NCBI GenBank assembly: GCA_040879725.1
Contig: JBBDJV010000008.1
Coordinates: forward strand, 17,856 to 81,855
Source of the DNA: Minisyncoccota bacterium
Lineage (GTDB): Bacteria; Patescibacteriota; Minisyncoccia; Phycocordibacterales; GCA-2401445
DNA: 64,000 bases
Reading direction: 5' to 3'
A model generated the notes under the pieces. The model had not been told where the DNA came from. It made no database searches and saw only the letters and a program-made list of their open reading frames with translations. Position 1 is the first letter of the stretch. Each line of letters starts with the position of its first letter. Below are positions 40,221 through 51,027 of this stretch, piece after piece. Both the position numbers and the translations under genes were made by a program.

Positions 40221-41492
40221 CTAGTAGCTCTTTAGTTGCTCAGTCATTTCGTGCTGGCGTATTTTTTCATGCGCCTTTGCTTCAATCTGTCTGATACGCT
40301 CACGAGTAACACCGAACTCCTTCCCTACCTCTTCGAGTGTGTGTGTTATTCCATCCATAAGTCCATTTCTCATTTCAAGAATTTTTCGCTCTTTTTCTGA
40401 AAGGTCTGAAAGTACTGTCTTGATTTGATCAGAAAGAATTCTTCGTGATGACTCCTGGTCAGGAGAAAGTATTTTGTCATCAGGAATAAAGTCTCGTAGA
40501 GTAGATTTTGAATCATCGGTATCTTCTCCTACCGGAGCTTCAAGTGATATTGTATCTTGGCTAATTTTTTCAATTGTGTGAATCTTTTCAATCTCAACTC
40601 CCATTTCAATAGCAATCTCATCTGAAAGAGGATCACGGCCAAGGTCTTGAGAAAGACGTCGTACTACCTGCTTGTATTTTGCGATTGTTTCAACCATGTG
40701 TACCGGAATACGAATAGTTCGTGACTGGTCTGCGAGAGCGCGAGTGATAGCCTGTCTTATCCACCACGTTGCATACGTTGAAAACTTGTATCCTTTAGTC
40801 CAGTCAAACTTATCTACCGCTTTGAAAAGACCGAGGTTTCCCTCCTGAATAAGGTCAAGAAGTGTAAGGTCAGGGCTTCTTCCAACATACTTCTTTGCGA
40901 TTGAAACAACAAGACGCAAGTTAGCTCGTGCCAAAAGGTTTTTTGCTTCTATATCCCCCGCAACAATTCGCTTTGCCAACTCTTTTTCTTGAGCTCCGGT
41001 GAGAAGAGAGTATTGTCCTATCCCCTTTAGGTACATCTGAATTGAGTCGTAGGAGCTTTCACTTCGGGTATAGAGATACTTTCCTTGAGGAGCTTCTGGT
41101 TCAATTTCAAGCATATTACCTCCTTCAAGAATATCAATACCACTTGTATGTAAAACCTCATACAGTTCCTCGAGAAAAAGAATATCATCTTCTATAGTAG
41201 GAAACTCCTTTAGGATTTCATCATACGTAACAAACCCTCTTTCCTTTCCTTTGTTCAAAAGTCTATTCAAGTGAAGCCGTCTCTCCTTTTCTTTCTTTGA
41301 AAGTTTTTTAGGCTTAGCCTTTAGGGCTGGCTTTTTAGCTGAAGCGACTTTCTTCTTAACTACCTTCTTTGCTTTCGGCTGTGCTACTTTTTTTGCCGGC
41401 TTTTTGGCTACCTTTTTCTGCACCTTCTTTACCACCTTCTTTTTAGGTGTTGCTTTCTTCGCAACCGCGCTCTTTTTCTTTTTAGTTTTCAT
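40221..41492 (-). CDS. rpoD: Primary sigma factor sigma70
   Basis: [47 protein letters not shown]...TRERIRQIE; downstream of dnaG; Lys-rich N-terminal tail. Confidence 0.96.
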   Translation of the reverse strand: MKTKKKKSAVAKKATPKKKVVKKVQKKVAKKPAKKVAQPKAKKVVKKKVASAKKPALKAKPKKLSKKEKERRLHLNRLLNKGKERGFVTYDEILKEFPTIEDDILFLEELYEVLHTSGIDILEGGNMLEIEPEAPQGKYLYTRSESSYDSIQMYLKGIGQYSLLTGAQEKELAKRIVAGDIEAKNLLARANLRLVVSIAKKYVGRSPDLTLLDLIQEGNLGLFKAVDKFDWTKGYKFSTYATWWIRQAITRALADQSRTIRIPVHMVETIAKYKQVVRRLSQDLGRDPLSDEIAIEMGVEIEKIHTIEKISQDTISLEAPVGEDTDDSKSTLRDFIPDDKILSPDQESSRRILSDQIKTVLSDLSEKERKILEMRNGLMDGITHTLEEVGKEFGVTRERIRQIEAKAHEKIRQHEMTEQLKSY

Positions 41493-41513
41493 CTTAGTAA
41501 TTAGTTATACACG

Positions 41514-43247
41514 TTAATAAGTATTTTGTGAATGTTTGACCTTTTCTATTTTTTGTGACGTATCCTGTATTTCCGAAAGTAATTTGTTTGCCGTCCTGGT
41601 ATCTTTTTCTGATTCGGCCCTATGTAATTTTTCAAATAGTGTATCTCTGGCTTTCGTTAAATAGAGTATTTGTATTTCTTTTATTAAAACATCTAGTATA
41701 ATCGGCAATTTTTCTTTTTCACTCTCATAAAATAATTCAATGGTAAACAACAAATCCTTTTTATTTAATACGTTTTTCTCTACCTCCTGTAACGAGTCGC
41801 CAAATATTTCTTTGAGTTTAGTATAGGCATTCGGAACATCGACAAGCGGTTGTTGTTTAAGTTTTTGCCATTCGAGTAACGCAACTACGTGTTCGGAGAG
41901 CGCGTCCAAGCGCTTTATTTCTTTTGTTTGCTTATTTTCAGGGTATGCGATTTCAATCTCGGGTAAATCAACTGGAACATTTTGAATTTCGGATGCTATC
42001 GTATCATCATTTACTCCAACAAGAGCATTAGCTGTTTCGTGTATGAAGTATCCTCTCTCAGTCCTTGAATCAATCGACGCTATGAGTGGATACACAATTT
42101 CAGCTATTCTCTTTTGTCGTGCATGACGGTCTTGCTCTTTTTCACTTATTGTATTTATAAAATGTGTAATAACGTGCACTTTATGTTTGAGAATATTCTC
42201 CCACCCTTCTCTTTTTTGTTCGGTAAGTATGTCAGCTGGATCCTTTCCTTCTGGAAGGAATACTGTGTACACCGACAAACCTTTTCTTAGTGCCATTGCG
42301 GAACTTTTAAGTAATGCTTTTTCGCCCGCGCTATCTGAATCGAATGCAAACAAGATTGATTTTGCGAGTCGAGCAATTAGGTTTACTTGTTCATTTGAGA
42401 GCGCTGTACCTGAAAGAGCAATACTGTTCGTAAATCCATACTGATGTGACAGCACAACATCCATCTGCCCTTCCATAATCACAACCTCTTCTTCTTTTCG
42501 GATTGTTTGCTTTGCTAAATCAAACCCAAAGAGGACTTCTGATTTTTTATACAGGTCAGTTTCCGGGCTGTTGATATACTTTGCTGTTGCGTCTTTAGAC
42601 GTTGCGTTGGGAAGTATTCTTCCAGTGAACGCAATCACTCTACCTGCAGGGTCAGCAATAGGAAATATTAAACGCCCACGCAACCGGTCATACGTTTTTC
42701 CTTGGTCATTTTTCTTGGCAATTCCAGCCCGAATGATATCTTCGGGACGATGTTTAGCTTTTTTAGTTAACCAAACATACGCCGTATCCCAACCGCTTGG
42801 AGCGTATCCTATTCTGAAGCGTTCAATAGATTCTTTATTTATCCCTCTCGCTTCCGCGTACTCAAGTGCATCCTTTTTTCTTTTCAAGCTTTCCGAATAC
42901 AGATAGGTAGTATCTTTCATTATCTGAAACAGTCTGTCTCTCAGATCACTTGTATCTTTCCCTTCTTTACTGAGAGTGACTCCCGCGCGCTCCGCTAAGA
43001 TGCGTAGCGCGCCCTTGAAGTCAACTCCTTCCATCTCTGAAACAAACGTGAATATATCTCCACCTTTACCCGAGGAAAAACAGTGGTATAAATTTCTTTC
43101 AGGCGATACGAAAAAGGACGGAGTTTTTTCGTTCGTAAATGGAGATTTACCCTTGTAGTTGGTACCTGATTTTTCTAGAGTAATATACTGACTTACAACA
43201 TCAACTATTGAGAGCTTTTCTTTAATTTGCTCTACTGTTGAATTCAT
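41514..43247 (-). CDS. dnaG: DNA primase
   Basis: EKTPSF, RLIFPI, KYINSPET, EGQMDV, FDSDSAG (TOPRIM), KDPAD. Confidence 0.96.
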   Translation of the reverse strand: MNSTVEQIKEKLSIVDVVSQYITLEKSGTNYKGKSPFTNEKTPSFFVSPERNLYHCFSSGKGGDIFTFVSEMEGVDFKGALRILAERAGVTLSKEGKDTSDLRDRLFQIMKDTTYLYSESLKRKKDALEYAEARGINKESIERFRIGYAPSGWDTAYVWLTKKAKHRPEDIIRAGIAKKNDQGKTYDRLRGRLIFPIADPAGRVIAFTGRILPNATSKDATAKYINSPETDLYKKSEVLFGFDLAKQTIRKEEEVVIMEGQMDVVLSHQYGFTNSIALSGTALSNEQVNLIARLAKSILFAFDSDSAGEKALLKSSAMALRKGLSVYTVFLPEGKDPADILTEQKREGWENILKHKVHVITHFINTISEKEQDRHARQKRIAEIVYPLIASIDSRTERGYFIHETANALVGVNDDTIASEIQNVPVDLPEIEIAYPENKQTKEIKRLDALSEHVVALLEWQKLKQQPLVDVPNAYTKLKEIFGDSLQEVEKNVLNKKDLLFTIELFYESEKEKLPIILDVLIKEIQILYLTKARDTLFEKLHRAESEKDTRTANKLLSEIQDTSQKIEKVKHSQNTY

Positions 43248-43250
43248 GTG

Positions 43251-46200
43251 TTATTCTTCGTTTTCCTCAGCGTCAGCAGATTGTGCAAACTCCTCTTCTT
43301 CCTCGCGTCGAATCTTTTCAGTAAGTTCATACTTTGGACTTCCTTTGTAACCTGTTCCAGCTGGAATCAAACGTCCGATAATAACATTTTCCATGAGTCC
43401 AGTGAGAGCGTCACTGCTTCCTCGAATAGATGCGTTAATAAGCACCTTGGTTGTGTTTTGGAATGATGCTGCTGAAAGGAAACTCTTTCTGGTAAGGGAT
43501 ACTTCAGAAATACCCATAACCAATTCATCTCCCTTTGCTTCTGCTTTTCCTTCAGCCTTAGCGATTTCATTTTCCTCGACAAAAGCAGCGTTTTCAACAA
43601 TGTCTCCCTGTGAAAGTCGAGTCTCTCCACGATCAGCAACCTTTCTTCGTGAGAACATTTGGCGAACAATTACCTCAATATGCTTTCTTGAGATAGATGC
43701 TCCTTGCAACTCGTAGATCTTACTAATTTCATGAATGATGTACTCCTGAGCCGGAACCTTTCCTCCGTACTTGAATATCTCTTGAATATCAGCAGAACCA
43801 TCAGTGAGCAACTGTCCTTTCTTTACCTTTTCGCCAACACGCACAAGAGGTGTTCTTCTGAAGTTCAGTGCGTACTCAATGTCATTTTTTCCTTTCTTTG
43901 TCTTTCCTTTATCTTCCAAGTCTGGAGTAACTACAATCATTCTTTCTTTACCGGTAGTTCGAACTTCAGAAACAATTCCACTGACTGAGCTTACAATAGC
44001 CGCATTTCGTGGAATTCGTCGCTCAAACACTTCTTCAATACGAGGAAGACCAGCGGTAATATCTCCTCCAACCTGTGCGGTACCTCCTGAGTGGAACGTA
44101 CGCATGGTTAGCTGTGTACCCGGCTCTCCAATAGCTTGTGCTGCAATAGTACCAACAGCTTCACCAAGATGGATTGGCTCATTAGTACCAAGATCCTGTC
44201 CGTAACATTTTTTACAAATACCACGTGGAGTTTTACAGGTAAGCGGAGAAAATACATTTACTTCAGCAATTCCCGCCTTTTCGATTTCAAGAGCGTCAAA
44301 CTTGTTAATGTAATGTCCCTTTTTGAAAAGAGTTGTTCCCTTTTCATCAACAATATCTTCAGCAAGGTATCGTCCGCGAATATTTCGTGACAACGGAATA
44401 TCAATTCCTGACATGTTGTCTCGGCGAACCGCAACACCAGTTTTTGTCTTACAGTCATCTTCAGTTATGATCGCTTCTTGCGCAACAACGAACAATCTTC
44501 GTGTAAGATAACCAGCCTTTGCTGTGTTAAGAGCTGTGTCAGCAAGACCCTTTCGTGATCCGTGAGTAGTAGTAAAGTATTCAATTGGCGTTAGTCCTTC
44601 CTTCATAGAAGAGATAACCGGGTATTCAATCGTTTCTCCCGCGGTGTTTTGAATCAAACCTTTCATACCACCCATTTGAGAAATAGAGTTTAGCGTACCT
44701 CGAGCTCCTGACTTGTACATATCACTTGCAGATCCGTTTGGATCAAGTGAATCCGGAACAAGTGATTCAACCGAGCTTTTCGCTGCGTGCCAGATTTCAA
44801 TATTCTTTCTGTATCGCTCTTCTTCTGAAAGCAATCCTTCGTTGTACTGATTTGTAATTTCTTCTGATTTTGCTCTAGCTTCAGCAACAATCTTTGGCTT
44901 TTCAGAAGGAACAACAATTTCGTCAATTCCCCATGTAATACCGGAACGAGTAGCATACTTAAATCCGAATGACTTTATCTTATCAAGCACCGGCGGAATA
45001 GCGTCAATACCGTACCTGTTGATCAGATCATCAATCAAAGTAGACATTTCCTTTTTGTGTACTTCTTTGTTGATGTATGGGTAGTCTTTTGGAAGCACTG
45101 TGTTGAAAAGAAGTCTTCCTACAGTAGTATCAAAAGCATTTCCTTGATACTCCACATATCGTGGCTTATCTGTTGGAAGTACTTTTATCTTCGCGCGGAA
45201 ACCAACATCACCAAAGTCATACGCAGTAATAGCATCATTTGGTGTAGCAAAGTACTTACCTTCTCCCTTATCTCCATCAACTTCTTTAGTCATCCAGTAT
45301 GAACCAAGAACGATGTCCAATTTTGGAGAAACGATTGATTCACCGTTTCCTGGACCGAGGAGGTTCTTATTAGAAGCCATGATGTTCTTTGCTTCTGCTT
45401 GAGCTTCTCGTGAAAGAGGAACATGAACTGCCATCTGGTCACCGTCGAAGTCTGCGTTAAACGCTGTACATACGAGTGGGTGAACTTGGATTGCATTTCC
45501 TTCTATCAGAATAGGTTGGAATGCTTGAATACCGAGTCTGTGAAGTGTTGGCGCTCGGTTAAGAAGTACATGCTTGTCCTTGATAACTTCTTCCAAAATT
45601 GCCCAGACCTCATCACGTCCATCATCAATCAACTTTCCTGCTCCTCGAATGTTGAACGCAAGCTCTCTTTTTAGAAGTCCCGCAATAACAAATGGTCGAA
45701 AGAGCTCAAGAGCCATATGTTTTGGCAAACCACATTGGTTAAGACGTAGTTCAGGACCAACCACAATCACTGAACGTCCAGAATAGTCTACTCGCTTTCC
45801 GAGTAGGTTTTGTCGTAGAAGTCCCTGCTTACCCTTGAGGTTGTCTGAGAGTGACTTAAGTGGTCGGCGCTGTGCCTGGCTCATTGCTGAAAACATTGCG
45901 TTTCCATGTCGAATTGAATTATCAATAAGCGCGTCTACCGCTTCTTGTAGAATTCTTTTTTCGTTTCGTAGAATTACGTCAGGAGCGTTTATATCCACCA
46001 ACTTCTTAAGACGGTTATTTCTGTTTAGTACACGTCGATAAAGGTCGTTTACGTCTGAGGTGGCGTGTCGTCCACCAACAAGAGCAACCATAGGACGAAG
46101 TCCTGGTGGGATAACTGGTATATTCGTAAGGAACATCCACTCTGGACGAACTCCGGTGTTTACCATCGCCTTAATTACAGAAAGTCGACGATTCAATTTT

Positions 46201-46949
46201 ACTCTTTCCACTGCTCCAACTTTTTGAATTTGTTCTGCAAGTGAATCAGCAAGCTTTTTCAAGTCAAGCTTTTTGAATATTTCGTGTATTGCTTCAGCTC
46301 CAATTCCTGCTTCAAAGATTGTTCCATATTTCATTGAGAACTTGTGATACTGAACTTCATCCAATACCGCTCCTTCCACGATTGAATCTACCTCCTTCTT
46401 TGCATTTTGAAGTAGTTCCTTTAGCTTTTCTTTTGAACGTTCATCTTGGAGTGTTTTTACTTTTGATTTGTACTCACTGTCAATTTCACGAAGCACTCTT
46501 TCTTTTTCAGACTGAACAACACTGGTTACGATATAACCGGCAAAGTAAATTACTCGCTCAAGGTCAGCGGTGTTGAGCCCTAGGATCATTCCAATTCGTG
46601 AAGGAACACCTCGAAGGAACCAAATATGTGATACTGGTGTAGCGAGTGTAATATGTCCCATTCTTTCTCGACGAACTATAGATCGAGTTATCTCCACTCC
46701 ACACTTTTCACAAACGATGTTCTTGTACCTGATACCTCGGTACTTACCACAGTAACACTCAAAGTCTTTTTCAGGACCGAATATTTTCTCGTCAAATAGT
46801 CCTCCCTTTTCACTTCTCTGTGTACGGTAGTTTATTGTTTCTGGTTTTGTTACTTCACCATGTGACCAATCCAAGATTCTGTCTGGTGATGCAAGACGAA
46901 GGGAAAGTTTTTCAAACGTATTTCCTTGTTCCATTGTTTTCTTTTGCAT
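43251..46949 (-). CDS. rpoC: RNA polymerase beta' subunit
   Basis: NADFDGDQMAVH catalytic motif, CYCGK..CEKC zinc finger, GEPGTQLTMRTFH. Start 46949 or 46934. Confidence 0.98.
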   Translation of the reverse strand: MQKKTMEQGNTFEKLSLRLASPDRILDWSHGEVTKPETINYRTQRSEKGGLFDEKIFGPEKDFECYCGKYRGIRYKNIVCEKCGVEITRSIVRRERMGHITLATPVSHIWFLRGVPSRIGMILGLNTADLERVIYFAGYIVTSVVQSEKERVLREIDSEYKSKVKTLQDERSKEKLKELLQNAKKEVDSIVEGAVLDEVQYHKFSMKYGTIFEAGIGAEAIHEIFKKLDLKKLADSLAEQIQKVGAVERVKLNRRLSVIKAMVNTGVRPEWMFLTNIPVIPPGLRPMVALVGGRHATSDVNDLYRRVLNRNNRLKKLVDINAPDVILRNEKRILQEAVDALIDNSIRHGNAMFSAMSQAQRRPLKSLSDNLKGKQGLLRQNLLGKRVDYSGRSVIVVGPELRLNQCGLPKHMALELFRPFVIAGLLKRELAFNIRGAGKLIDDGRDEVWAILEEVIKDKHVLLNRAPTLHRLGIQAFQPILIEGNAIQVHPLVCTAFNADFDGDQMAVHVPLSREAQAEAKNIMASNKNLLGPGNGESIVSPKLDIVLGSYWMTKEVDGDKGEGKYFATPNDAITAYDFGDVGFRAKIKVLPTDKPRYVEYQGNAFDTTVGRLLFNTVLPKDYPYINKEVHKKEMSTLIDDLINRYGIDAIPPVLDKIKSFGFKYATRSGITWGIDEIVVPSEKPKIVAEARAKSEEITNQYNEGLLSEEERYRKNIEIWHAAKSSVESLVPDSLDPNGSASDMYKSGARGTLNSISQMGGMKGLIQNTAGETIEYPVISSMKEGLTPIEYFTTTHGSRKGLADTALNTAKAGYLTRRLFVVAQEAIITEDDCKTKTGVAVRRDNMSGIDIPLSRNIRGRYLAEDIVDEKGTTLFKKGHYINKFDALEIEKAGIAEVNVFSPLTCKTPRGICKKCYGQDLGTNEPIHLGEAVGTIAAQAIGEPGTQLTMRTFHSGGTAQVGGDITAGLPRIEEVFERRIPRNAAIVSSVSGIVSEVRTTGKERMIVVTPDLEDKGKTKKGKNDIEYALNFRRTPLVRVGEKVKKGQLLTDGSADIQEIFKYGGKVPAQEYIIHEISKIYELQGASISRKHIEVIVRQMFSRRKVADRGETRLSQGDIVENAAFVEENEIAKAEGKAEAKGDELVMGISEVSLTRKSFLSAASFQNTTKVLINASIRGSSDALTGLMENVIIGRLIPAGTGYKGSPKYELTEKIRREEEEEFAQSADAEENEE

Positions 46950-46969
46950 GATAGTTTTATTTTTTACTA

Positions 46970-49900
46970 CTATTTAGTTTCAATTCCCTTCGGTTGCACA
47001 AGTTCGACATCAAGTGCTAGTCCTCTTAGGTTGTTAAGAAGTATGTTGAATGACGCTGGAATATTCGGTTGGTCAATCGGTGCGCCACGTACTATTGAGT
47101 CAAAAGCAGCGGATCGTCCGACAATGTCGTCAGACTTGATAGTTAGAATTTCTCGTAGTGTATACGCCGCTCCATATCCCAAAAGCGCCCAGACTTCCAT
47201 TTCTCCGAATCTCTGTCCTCCACCTTGAGCTTTTCCTCCAAGTGGTTGCTGTGTGATAAGTGAGTACGGTCCGATAGATCGCATGTGGATCTTGTCTTCC
47301 ACCATGTGGTGAAGTTTCAAGATGTACATGTAACCCACCGCGCTCTTTTGGTGGAAAGCTTCTCCGGTTCGTCCATCAAGAAGCTGAATCTTTCCATCTC
47401 GTGGATATCCTGCTTTTTCTAGTTCATCTTTTATTTCTGTATCTGTTGCACCTTCGAAAGCTGGAACGATTGCTTGGTAGTTAAGGGTATGAGCCGCAAG
47501 ACCAAGATGCATTTCAAGAATCTGCCCAAGGTTCATACGTGATGGAACTCCAAGTGGTGTAAGAAGAATATCTACCGGTGTTCCGTCTGGCATGTAAGGC
47601 ATATCCTCTTCTGGAAGAATTTTAGAAATAACACCTTTGTTTCCGTGTCTTCCCGCAAGCTTGTCTCCAACGCTGATTGAACGCAGTTGAGCTACTTGGA
47701 TATAAATCTTCTTAATAACACCACTTTCCAAATCATCTCCCTTTTCTCGAGAGAATACTTTAACGTCAATAATACGTCCCTCTTTACCGTTTGGCATGCG
47801 TAGAGATGAATCCTTAACATCTCTTGCCTTCTCACCGAAGATTGAGCGAAGAAGTCTCTCTTCCGGAGTTAGTTGAGTCTCACCCTTTGGAGTAATTTTT
47901 CCGACAAGAATATCACCTGCGCGAACCTCAGCTCCGATACGAACGATTCCGTCTTCATCAATGTTTTTAAGTTTAGACTCACCAACGTTTGGAATATCGT
48001 GTGTTGTTACTTCTGGACCAAGCTTTGTATCGTGAACGTTAACCGAAAATTCGTCGATGTGAATAGAAGTAAACTTGCTGTTTTTTACCAATCTGCTTGA
48101 AAGGATAATAGCGTCTTCGTAGTTACTTCCAGACCATGACATGAATGCAACAAGAGCATTTTGTCCCACTGCAATTTGTCCTCTATCTGAAGAAGATGTG
48201 TCAGCCAACAAATCTCCCTTTTTAACTTTTTGGTTCAGGTCAACAGCTGGTCGGTGATGGTATGCAGTAAAGCCGTTTGAACGTGTAAATGTAATCAGCT
48301 TGTATTCTGTTTCCTTTTTCTTTTCGTTTGTAACAATAATCTTTCCTGCATCTACATATGTTACAACTCCAGCTTCTTCAGCATATACAAGTCTACCGAT
48401 ATCTCGAGCACCTTGCTCTTCAATTCCTGTAGCTACAAGTGGTGCTTCAGGGTTGATACAAGGAGTAGCCTGCTTTTGCATGTTTGAACCCATGAGTGCT
48501 CGGTTTGCGTCGTCGTGGTTCAAGAATGGAATTGTAGAAGTAGCAACAGAGAAAGCCTGGTTTGCGGCAACATCAATAAACTGTACCTGGTCTCTTGTAG
48601 CAACAGAACGGTTTCCGTTTACACGAACTTCAATAGTGTCTCCAACTATTCTATTATCCTTGTCTTTTTCTATAGCGGCATGAGCGATAATGTACTGCTC
48701 TTCTTCAAGGGCATTGAGGTACACTATTTCATTTGTAATTTTTCCACCTACTACTTTCGCATACGGTGTTTCAATAATTCCAAATTCGTTAAGTTTTGCG
48801 TAAGTAGACAAGCGAAGAATCAAACCAATGTTTGGTCCTTCAGGAGTGTGGATAGGACATACACGACCATAGTGACTTGGGTGCACGTCACGAACCTCAA
48901 TACCTGCTCTTTCTCGCTCCAAACCTCCAGGTCCGAGAGCTGAAAGTGTTCGCAAGTGTTCAAGCTCAGCAAGAATATTTTCTTGGTTCATAAACTGAGC
49001 AAGCTGGTTTGTTGTGAAGAATTCTTTTATTCGCGCCTGAAGAGGACGAGGGTTTACAAACTGAACCGGGAGAGTAGCGTCGATGTCTATAGTAGACATT
49101 CTGTCTTGGATATTTCGCTTCATGTGTGACATACCAACTCGAAGCTTTTGTTGCATCATTTCACCAACGTATCTAACGCGTCGTGATCCAAGGTGATCGA
49201 TGTCGTCTGGGAGAGAGTGAGGAGTGTTGTTCAAATGAACAATGTGCTTTGTAATAATAGCAATATCTTCAAGTGTAATAGTTCTCTTTTCAACCGCCTT
49301 TCCTGTTACCGGAAGGTTAAATCGCTTGTTGAAACGGAACCGTCCTACATTTGAAAGGTCATATCGTTCTTCTGAGAAAATAGAATCAATAAACTCACGA
49401 GCATTCTCAGGAGTTGCGAGGTCTCCATCACGAAGCTTCTTGTGAATTTCAATGTATGCTCCTTCTACTGTTTTTGCAGTATCAATTTCAATAGTTTTCT
49501 TTATTACTTCTTCTGTTTCTTCGTTACCTTTGAACAGAGCAAGTATCTCTTTCTCATCTTTTGCGCCAAGAGCTTTAAGAAGTGAAGTCAGAGGGAACTT
49601 TCGTTTTCGGTCAATTCGAACATACAGTGCTCCATCCGCATCGCTTTCAAGCTCAATCCAAGCTCCTCGAGATGGGATTATTTTCGCACCGAAAAGTCGC
49701 TTACCCTTTGCTTCTTGCATGGTAAACGAAACTCCGAATGAACGGATAAGCTGTGGAACAATAACTCGCTCAACGCCGTTGATAACAAATGTTCCATTTT
49801 TTGTCATTATAGGAAAATCAGTAAGGAAAATCTTCTGTTCCTTTTCTGTTCCCTTTAGCTTGTTGCGCAAAATAATGCTTGCCTTTAGCGGAGCGTCATA

Positions 49901-50134
49901 CGTAAGCTTGTTAGCCTTTGCGTAGTGAACGTCAAACTTTGGCTCACCAATTTCAAACGTATCAAAAGAAAGTTCAAACTTCTTTCCTGAATAATCTGCA
50001 ATTGGAGAAAATTCTTTAAAAATTTCCTTCAATCCCTCTTTCAATACCCAATCAAATGATTGGAGTTGGTCCTGAATCAAGTTCGGGACCGGCACTAACG
50101 GTTTTGAGTACCGTGAAAAATACTTTTTTTCCAT
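46970..50134 (-). CDS. rpoB: RNA polymerase beta subunit
   Basis: TPEGPNIGL, RALMGSNMQKQA, GDKLAGRHGNKG, GGQRFGEMEVWAL. Confidence 0.98.
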   Translation of the reverse strand: MEKKYFSRYSKPLVPVPNLIQDQLQSFDWVLKEGLKEIFKEFSPIADYSGKKFELSFDTFEIGEPKFDVHYAKANKLTYDAPLKASIILRNKLKGTEKEQKIFLTDFPIMTKNGTFVINGVERVIVPQLIRSFGVSFTMQEAKGKRLFGAKIIPSRGAWIELESDADGALYVRIDRKRKFPLTSLLKALGAKDEKEILALFKGNEETEEVIKKTIEIDTAKTVEGAYIEIHKKLRDGDLATPENAREFIDSIFSEERYDLSNVGRFRFNKRFNLPVTGKAVEKRTITLEDIAIITKHIVHLNNTPHSLPDDIDHLGSRRVRYVGEMMQQKLRVGMSHMKRNIQDRMSTIDIDATLPVQFVNPRPLQARIKEFFTTNQLAQFMNQENILAELEHLRTLSALGPGGLERERAGIEVRDVHPSHYGRVCPIHTPEGPNIGLILRLSTYAKLNEFGIIETPYAKVVGGKITNEIVYLNALEEEQYIIAHAAIEKDKDNRIVGDTIEVRVNGNRSVATRDQVQFIDVAANQAFSVATSTIPFLNHDDANRALMGSNMQKQATPCINPEAPLVATGIEEQGARDIGRLVYAEEAGVVTYVDAGKIIVTNEKKKETEYKLITFTRSNGFTAYHHRPAVDLNQKVKKGDLLADTSSSDRGQIAVGQNALVAFMSWSGSNYEDAIILSSRLVKNSKFTSIHIDEFSVNVHDTKLGPEVTTHDIPNVGESKLKNIDEDGIVRIGAEVRAGDILVGKITPKGETQLTPEERLLRSIFGEKARDVKDSSLRMPNGKEGRIIDVKVFSREKGDDLESGVIKKIYIQVAQLRSISVGDKLAGRHGNKGVISKILPEEDMPYMPDGTPVDILLTPLGVPSRMNLGQILEMHLGLAAHTLNYQAIVPAFEGATDTEIKDELEKAGYPRDGKIQLLDGRTGEAFHQKSAVGYMYILKLHHMVEDKIHMRSIGPYSLITQQPLGGKAQGGGQRFGEMEVWALLGYGAAYTLREILTIKSDDIVGRSAAFDSIVRGAPIDQPNIPASFNILLNNLRGLALDVELVQPKGIETK

Positions 50135-50298
50135 GAGTATTTCTTATATTATGTATATGAACACAGCAATAAAGAGGACTCTCCCGTGTCCTCTTGCGAA
50201 TATTGTTTTAATTCGTGATGTGTTGCAAAATACGACGCTATTAAAGTGTGTAACACCTACAATTCCTCTCGCAACTCAATCTAGTGTAGTTGGGCGTT

Positions 50299-50326
50299 AT
50301 TTTACTCGTATTTGAGAAATTGTCAA
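50299..50326 (-). promoter_or_regulatory. Promoter of the rpoB-rpoC-dnaG-rpoD operon
   Basis: Minus strand TTGACA-N16-TAAAAT, about 160 nt upstream of the rpoB ATG. Confidence 0.6.
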
Positions 50327-50343
50327 GTATAGTGTGGATAATA

Positions 50344-50991
50344 TTACTTTTTCTTATTTTTAGCCCTATAGAGAGCTATATCCTTGTGGTTACCAGAAAG
50401 AAGTACAGTAGGCACCTTGTACTTCTTCCCTTTTTCAGTAAATACTTCAGGTCTGGTATAGCATTCTCCATTTGTAACTCTTTTATCTTCGAGTGACTCT
50501 TCGTTTCCAAGCGCACCATCTATTTGCCTTACTGTTGCATCAAGGATTATCAAAGCAGGCAATTCTCCTCCGGTAAGCACATAGTCACCAACAGAAGCCT
50601 CTTTTGCTTTTAAAATTTTTTTCACTCGAGCATCTATCCCTTCATAGTGTCCGGCAATTATAACAATATGCTTATACTTTTTTGCAAATGTATTCGCTGT
50701 GTCATTTGTAAACTGCTCTCCTCTTGGAGAAGTTATGAGTATCAAAACATTTTTCTTTCTCTGAATAATTTTCTTAACGACAGTTAGGATTGGCTGTATG
50801 GTCATTACCATTCCCGGACCTCCTCCATACGGCTTTCCGTCTACCTTCCTGTGTTTGTCAGTAGAATACTCTCTCACATTATAAAGTGATACCGTAGCCT
50901 TTTTTTCTTTTTGAGCACGCCACATCATTGATGAGTTTACATACGGCTCAAAGACTTCTGGAAATATTGATATTAAGTGAAAGTGAATCAT
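50344..50991 (-). CDS. trmD: tRNA (guanine-N1)-methyltransferase
   Basis: VDGKPYGGGPGMVM, GHYEGIDARV, GDYVLTGGELPA, YTRP, LLSGNH. Confidence 0.97.
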   Translation of the reverse strand: MIHFHLISIFPEVFEPYVNSSMMWRAQKEKKATVSLYNVREYSTDKHRKVDGKPYGGGPGMVMTIQPILTVVKKIIQRKKNVLILITSPRGEQFTNDTANTFAKKYKHIVIIAGHYEGIDARVKKILKAKEASVGDYVLTGGELPALIILDATVRQIDGALGNEESLEDKRVTNGECYTRPEVFTEKGKKYKVPTVLLSGNHKDIALYRAKNKKK

Positions 50992-51027
50992 ATAAAAACG
51001 TGGCACAAATGTACCACGTTTTTTATA
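50992..51027 (-). terminator. Terminator-like hairpin between khpA and trmD
   Basis: Minus strand AAAAACGTGGTACA-TT-TGTGCCACGTTTTT directly before the trmD ATG. Confidence 0.7.

Noticed and set aside
41280-41490. Repetitive DNA at the start of rpoD as a tandem array or CRISPR
   Set aside because: It is low-complexity coding sequence for Lys/Ala repeats, with no fixed repeat-spacer period. No CRISPR array or cas gene was seen in the window.
43367-49925. Many 60-160 aa alternative-frame and antisense ORFs over rpoBC (likewise over the V-ATPase genes, smc and rnr)
   Set aside because: They are shadow ORFs of conserved genes, with no motifs or independent signals.
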